Shown here: positions 59,728-64,000 of the stretch, in pieces | Layout: the number at the start of each line of letters is the position of its first letter | Numbering within the stretch: position 1 is the first letter of the stretch | Assembly (NCBI GenBank): GCA_973895155.1 | Contig: OZ316899.1 | Span: 10,815,135-10,879,134, forward strand | Direction of reading: 5' to 3' | DNA length: 64,000 bases | Source of the DNA: Marsupella aquatica | Taxonomy: Eukaryota > Plantae > Marchantiophyta | The notes under the pieces: model-generated | Told to the model about the DNA's origin: nothing | The model's database searches: none | The model's input: only the letters and a program-made list of their open reading frames with translations | Program-made: the position numbers and the translations under genes

Positions 59728-62700
59728 ATAAGGGATTACACAAAAAAACTCTGAAGACCCCTCCTACTGCATAGTTGACAGCGGGACCTCACATTCAATT
59801 CTGAAAAATAAGGAATACTTCACTCACATAACTCCATCACAGCGGAAAGTCACAACTATAATGGGCCAACATCAACTAGAGGAAGATTATGGACCTGCAA
59901 CCGTCATATTGCCACATGGCACCATGATAAAGATACGCTCAGCCATCTATGCACCCAAAGCAACCAGGAATTTGCTCAATTGTGGAGACATCAGAGCCAA
60001 CGACCTGCATATACAGACTGGGACTTCCAATGAACTCGAAGCCCTGCATATAACATCCAAGACCCCACAGAGAAATGGGATCCTAGAGACACTGAGAGCA
60101 ACCCCTCCCGGATTCTACGTTACTAACATACAAAACTTAATTCTATGCCGAGCCCCAACAAAATACCATCACAGAGATTTGGCATAGGAGACTTGGCCAC
60201 CCGGGACTTAACATGTTCCAGAGAATTATTAAACAAACCAAGGGAATACCGGCTTCGGTACATCCCACATCCATGCATGAGCCATGCCTAGCTTGCTCAC
60301 AGGGCAAACTTATAACCAGGCCCTCCCCATCGACCTCAAACAGCAGAATCCCCAGCTTCTTGGAGCGCATACACGCAGATGTCTGTGGCCCCATCGACCC
60401 CCCCAATGGCCCATTCCAATTTTTCTCACTCAAAGATCTACAAAGTGGTCCCAAATCTCACTTCTATCCACATGGAACTTAGTCTTCCCTCGCCTACTAG
60501 TCCACATCTTAAAACTAAGAGCCCAATTCCCGGAAACCACATCCGAACAATCAGAGTAGACAACGCAGGGGAGTTTACCTCCAAAACCTTTGAAGACTTT
60601 TGCACTGCAGCAGGAATAGATGTGTAGTACCCAGTCCCCCATGTCCACTTCTAAAATGGGACTGCGGAATCCCTAATAAAACGCCTCCAAATAATTGCAC
60701 GACCACTACTGATGCAGAGCAATCTCCCCACAACGGCATGATTGGGGACATGCCATCCTTCACTCTGCCACATTACTCAGTTATAGACCGTCAGCATACA
60801 ACTCCAGTTCACCCCACACATTGGCGCTTGGCAACATCCCAAACATATCCCACCTTAGGACTTTTGGCTGCCAAGTGATGGTGCCAATCCTGGGCCCTAA
60901 ACAAACAAAGATGGGCCCTCAATGGCAACCAGGAATATACACCGGATGCGACTCCACATTGATCATCCAATATCTGGAACCCACCACATCCGACCTATTT
61001 AAGGCACTCTTCGTAGACTGCCACTTCTACAAGGAGACCTTCCCTAAACTACAAACAAAACAGCAAATGGATAGAGATAAGTCACTCACCTGGCAAATAC
61101 AATCCGCATTCTGGAACGATCCTCGAACCAGCCACTCAGACACCGAAGTTCAAAGAATCCTCCATCTCACAAGAATGGTAGAACACCTACCAGATTCATT
61201 TGCAGACGCTGCAAAAATAACCAGATCACACATTCCAGCAGCAAACACTCCATCGAGAATACAGATGGACACCCAACCTGCCACAGTAACTGGACCACGA
61301 ACAAAACGGGGATGCCCTCCAGGCTCCACAGACAAACAACCTAGGCAGAGGAAGGGAGTCTCACCGAGAGACCCACCACCACTGAACAAGGACGTGGCAC
61401 CCCCACAGACGACCATACAAGAGGATAACGAGGAGATTTCTATCAATTACAGTAGCACTGGACACATATGGGACAGAAAAGACACAACAATAGACGAACA
61501 TTTTGCATTCCACATATCCCAGCAAATAGGAGAAGACTTACCGGACCCAAAAACTATCCAGGAAGCACAAACCCACCCAGACTGGCCTGAGTGGGAAAAA
61601 GCAATCAATCTAGAATTAGACTCCCTCATATCACGCCAGGTGTTCGGCCCCATCACCCCAACAGCTCCCAGCACCCACCTCACAGGATGCAGATGGACCT
61701 TCGTGAAGAAACAAAATGCATAGGGAGAGGTGGTCAGGCACAAGGCACGATTGGTAGCAAAGGGATTTACTCAAATCCCTGGCCGAGATTACGACCTCAT
61801 GTATTCCCTAGTCATGGACGTCATTACTTACCTTTACTTGATCACTTTTTCCCAGCACAACAACTTATACATGCACCAAATGGACATTGTGACGGCCTAC
61901 TTATATGGCCACTTGGACACATCAATACATATGGAGGCACCACTAGAGCTGATACAACAAGTGGAACAACACAGCCAAGGAAAACATACACATGAAGGAC
62001 CTGATAAGAACGAAAAGAGCACCTTCAACCACACCAACGTGGCGGTACTACACAAAATAGCAAAATCAATTGCACTGGGAGCTTCTTTAAAGCAAGAGCT
62101 GCAAAAGAAAAATCTGACCACACAAACTCGTTTTGCAGTACAAGTGCTTCGCTCGATGTATGGCCTGAAACAAAGCGGATTAACTTGGTATAAAAGATTT
62201 AAATCCGAAATGCTAGCAATGGGATTTACGAATGCTGACATAACACCATGCATATTCATAAAAAAAGAAGGACAATAACTCATAATCATCGCCATATACG
62301 TGGATGATCTAAACCTATTTGGGACCAGCCGAATCATGCTGGAAACTATTAAATTACTGAAACGGGCATTCAAGGTGAGAGATTTGGGGCAGACTACATT
62401 CCGCCTCGGATTGCAATTCGAACACTTGCCCACTGGAATTCTCCTACATCAATCTACATACACTAGAAAGATATTGAAACAATTTAACATGCACCAGGCA
62501 AAACCAGTCCAATCCCCAATGGACATTCGCTCCTTGGATAAGGATAAGGACATCTTCTAGAAGAGAAACGAGAACGAGCCACTACTTGGCTCAGAAAAAC
62601 CATACCTATCTGCTATAGGTGTGCTAATGTTCCTCGCCAACCAGACAAGACCTGATCTGGCATTCTCGGTGAACCTGCTGGCCCGCCACAGTGCAACATC

Positions 62701-63295
62701 AACCATACGCCACTAGAACGGCATTAAGAGAATTTTCCGCTACCTCAAAGGTACCATAGATCTGGGATTATTCTACCCCAAGAACGCTACCTACTTACTC
62801 ACTGGATATGCTGACATAGGATATTTGTCTGACCCTGAAGACGCCAAGTCACAGACCGGGTATGTGTTCTTGATGGGACAAACGGCGATCTTGTGGAGGA
62901 GCAACAAGCAAACGCTCACCACGACTTCATCAAACCACTCTGAAATAATTGCATTATACGAAGCAAGCCGCGAGTGCATATGGTTATGGAACGTGATCAA
63001 CCACATACATCAGAACACAGGAACGCCAAGACTGACCGCACCTACACACATATACAAAGACAACCAACCATGCGTCAACCAAATTCAGGCAGGATTCATC
63101 AAGGGCAACAGGACAAAACATATTGCTCCTAAGTTCTTCACACACGAGTAGCAAAGCAAAAGCATCAAAGTACACTGGATTCCAAGCGAATCAAACTCTG
63201 CAGATATGTTCACGAAAGCTCTACCACCCACCCTCCACAGAAAACACGTCCATTCAATAGGGCTAAGGAGCTTATCTCAATTGCAATCAAACTAA
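59728..63295 (+). pseudogene. pol: Copia pol (PR, integrase, RT, RNase H), many stops and frameshifts
   Basis: CIVDSGTSHSIL; LGHPG; ERIHADVCGP; IRVDNAGEF; KARLVAKGFTQ; MDIVTAYLYG; YGLKQSG; YVDDL; GYAD; RTKHIAPKFF; ADMFTK. Confidence 0.95.
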
Positions 63296-63870
63296 CATAA
63301 CTCGGGATTGCAGCTGATGCGCTCCCATACCTTTCAATGGGAGATCCGCCTGACCGCCTCCCGATGTACCCCTACATTATTCAGGGGGAGACCCGCCCGA
63401 TGATAAATAATAACCAGCAACCTGGGAGCAGAAGCGCATTCCCAACCAACGAGGCACCTCCACACAAGAACACGTCAAGAACATCAAAATTACCAAGCAT
63501 CGACGATAACACACGCACCAGAAGAAGCCTCCGCCACTACAAACTCCACACTACCAATACATTACGCAACACAGAACGACAACAATACACGACATTCCAT
63601 CAAAAGACACCAACACCAATTAGAATTGATATTATACATTAGCATATAAGACTACATTAGCCAACTACAACAATACTCTTAAGTTCAATTACAAATTACA
63701 TCACTCATACATTATGGAGGGAATGGTAATACTCTTTCCCCCCATAAGAAAGGAGGGGGGGGGGTTTAATGAGATTACATTCCCCCATAATACAAACCCT
63801 AAAAGATCAACAAGAATCATTCAAGTAGGCTTTAGTTGGTTGCAACATTTCCTCAAACCATGTTACACCC

Positions 63871-63879
63871 AAGGGGGAG
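63871..63879 (+). other. Copia polypurine tract
   Basis: aagggggag directly followed by TGTTG. Confidence 0.8.
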
Positions 63880-64000
63880 TGTTGTAACCCGAGTAACCTG
63901 AGTTAACTCTAGCTTACCTAGAACTAAGCCTACCACGGTTAGGCTCAAGACCAACTGCCCAACCGCCTTACCTACCTAAGGGACTATATGTATCGGATGA
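63880..64000 (+). repeat. Start of Copia 3' LTR (truncated by the window edge)
   Basis: TGTTGTAACCCG after the PPT; the partner LTR is not in the window. Confidence 0.7.

Larger units (their letters stand above)
32954..64000 (+). mobile_element. Ty1/Copia retrotransposon (Bianca-like), decayed, split by Gypsy C and the Sola-like element
   Basis: gag end at 32954-33341, resumes at 46939-47034 and from 59728; PR-IN-RT-RH order; PPT and LTR start at 63871-63880. Confidence 0.9.

Overview
Eukaryotic, plant-type heterochromatin (bryophyte-like by the TE families; inference) with no ordinary host gene. It is a stack of nested transposons whose ends can mostly be read from the sequence. A decayed Bianca-like Ty1/Copia element (32954->end) is split by a Ty3/Gypsy element with ~4-kb ORF-containing LTRs (33342-46938, TSD CCCTT) and by a 12.7-kb Sola-type DNA transposon (47035-59727, 26-bp TIRs). 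Upstream, another Gypsy element (~2219-~32953) is split by a 20.7-kb CACTA element (10004-30741, TSD CAA). That CACTA is in turn split by an 11.3-kb Mutator-like element (13964-25249, 9-bp TSD CCCTAAAGT). A third Gypsy gag runs off the left edge. Most striking: the two unrelated DNA transposons (MULE and Sola-like) each carry a spliced accessory gene with a ParB/Srx-like N-terminal domain and a beta-class N4C/N6A DNA-methyltransferase-like C-terminal domain. Each element is also studded with its own palindrome, almost entirely in introns and intergenic DNA (AGCGCCNGGCGCT x16; GGACAGRGATNATCYCTGTCC >20x). This looks like a ParB-parS-like, element-specific marking or anti-silencing system. The CACTA also hides a SET-domain ORF in a transposase intron, and the Sola-like element carries an FCP1/SCP-like HAD phosphatase. 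All domain calls are by-eye motif recognition, not database searches.
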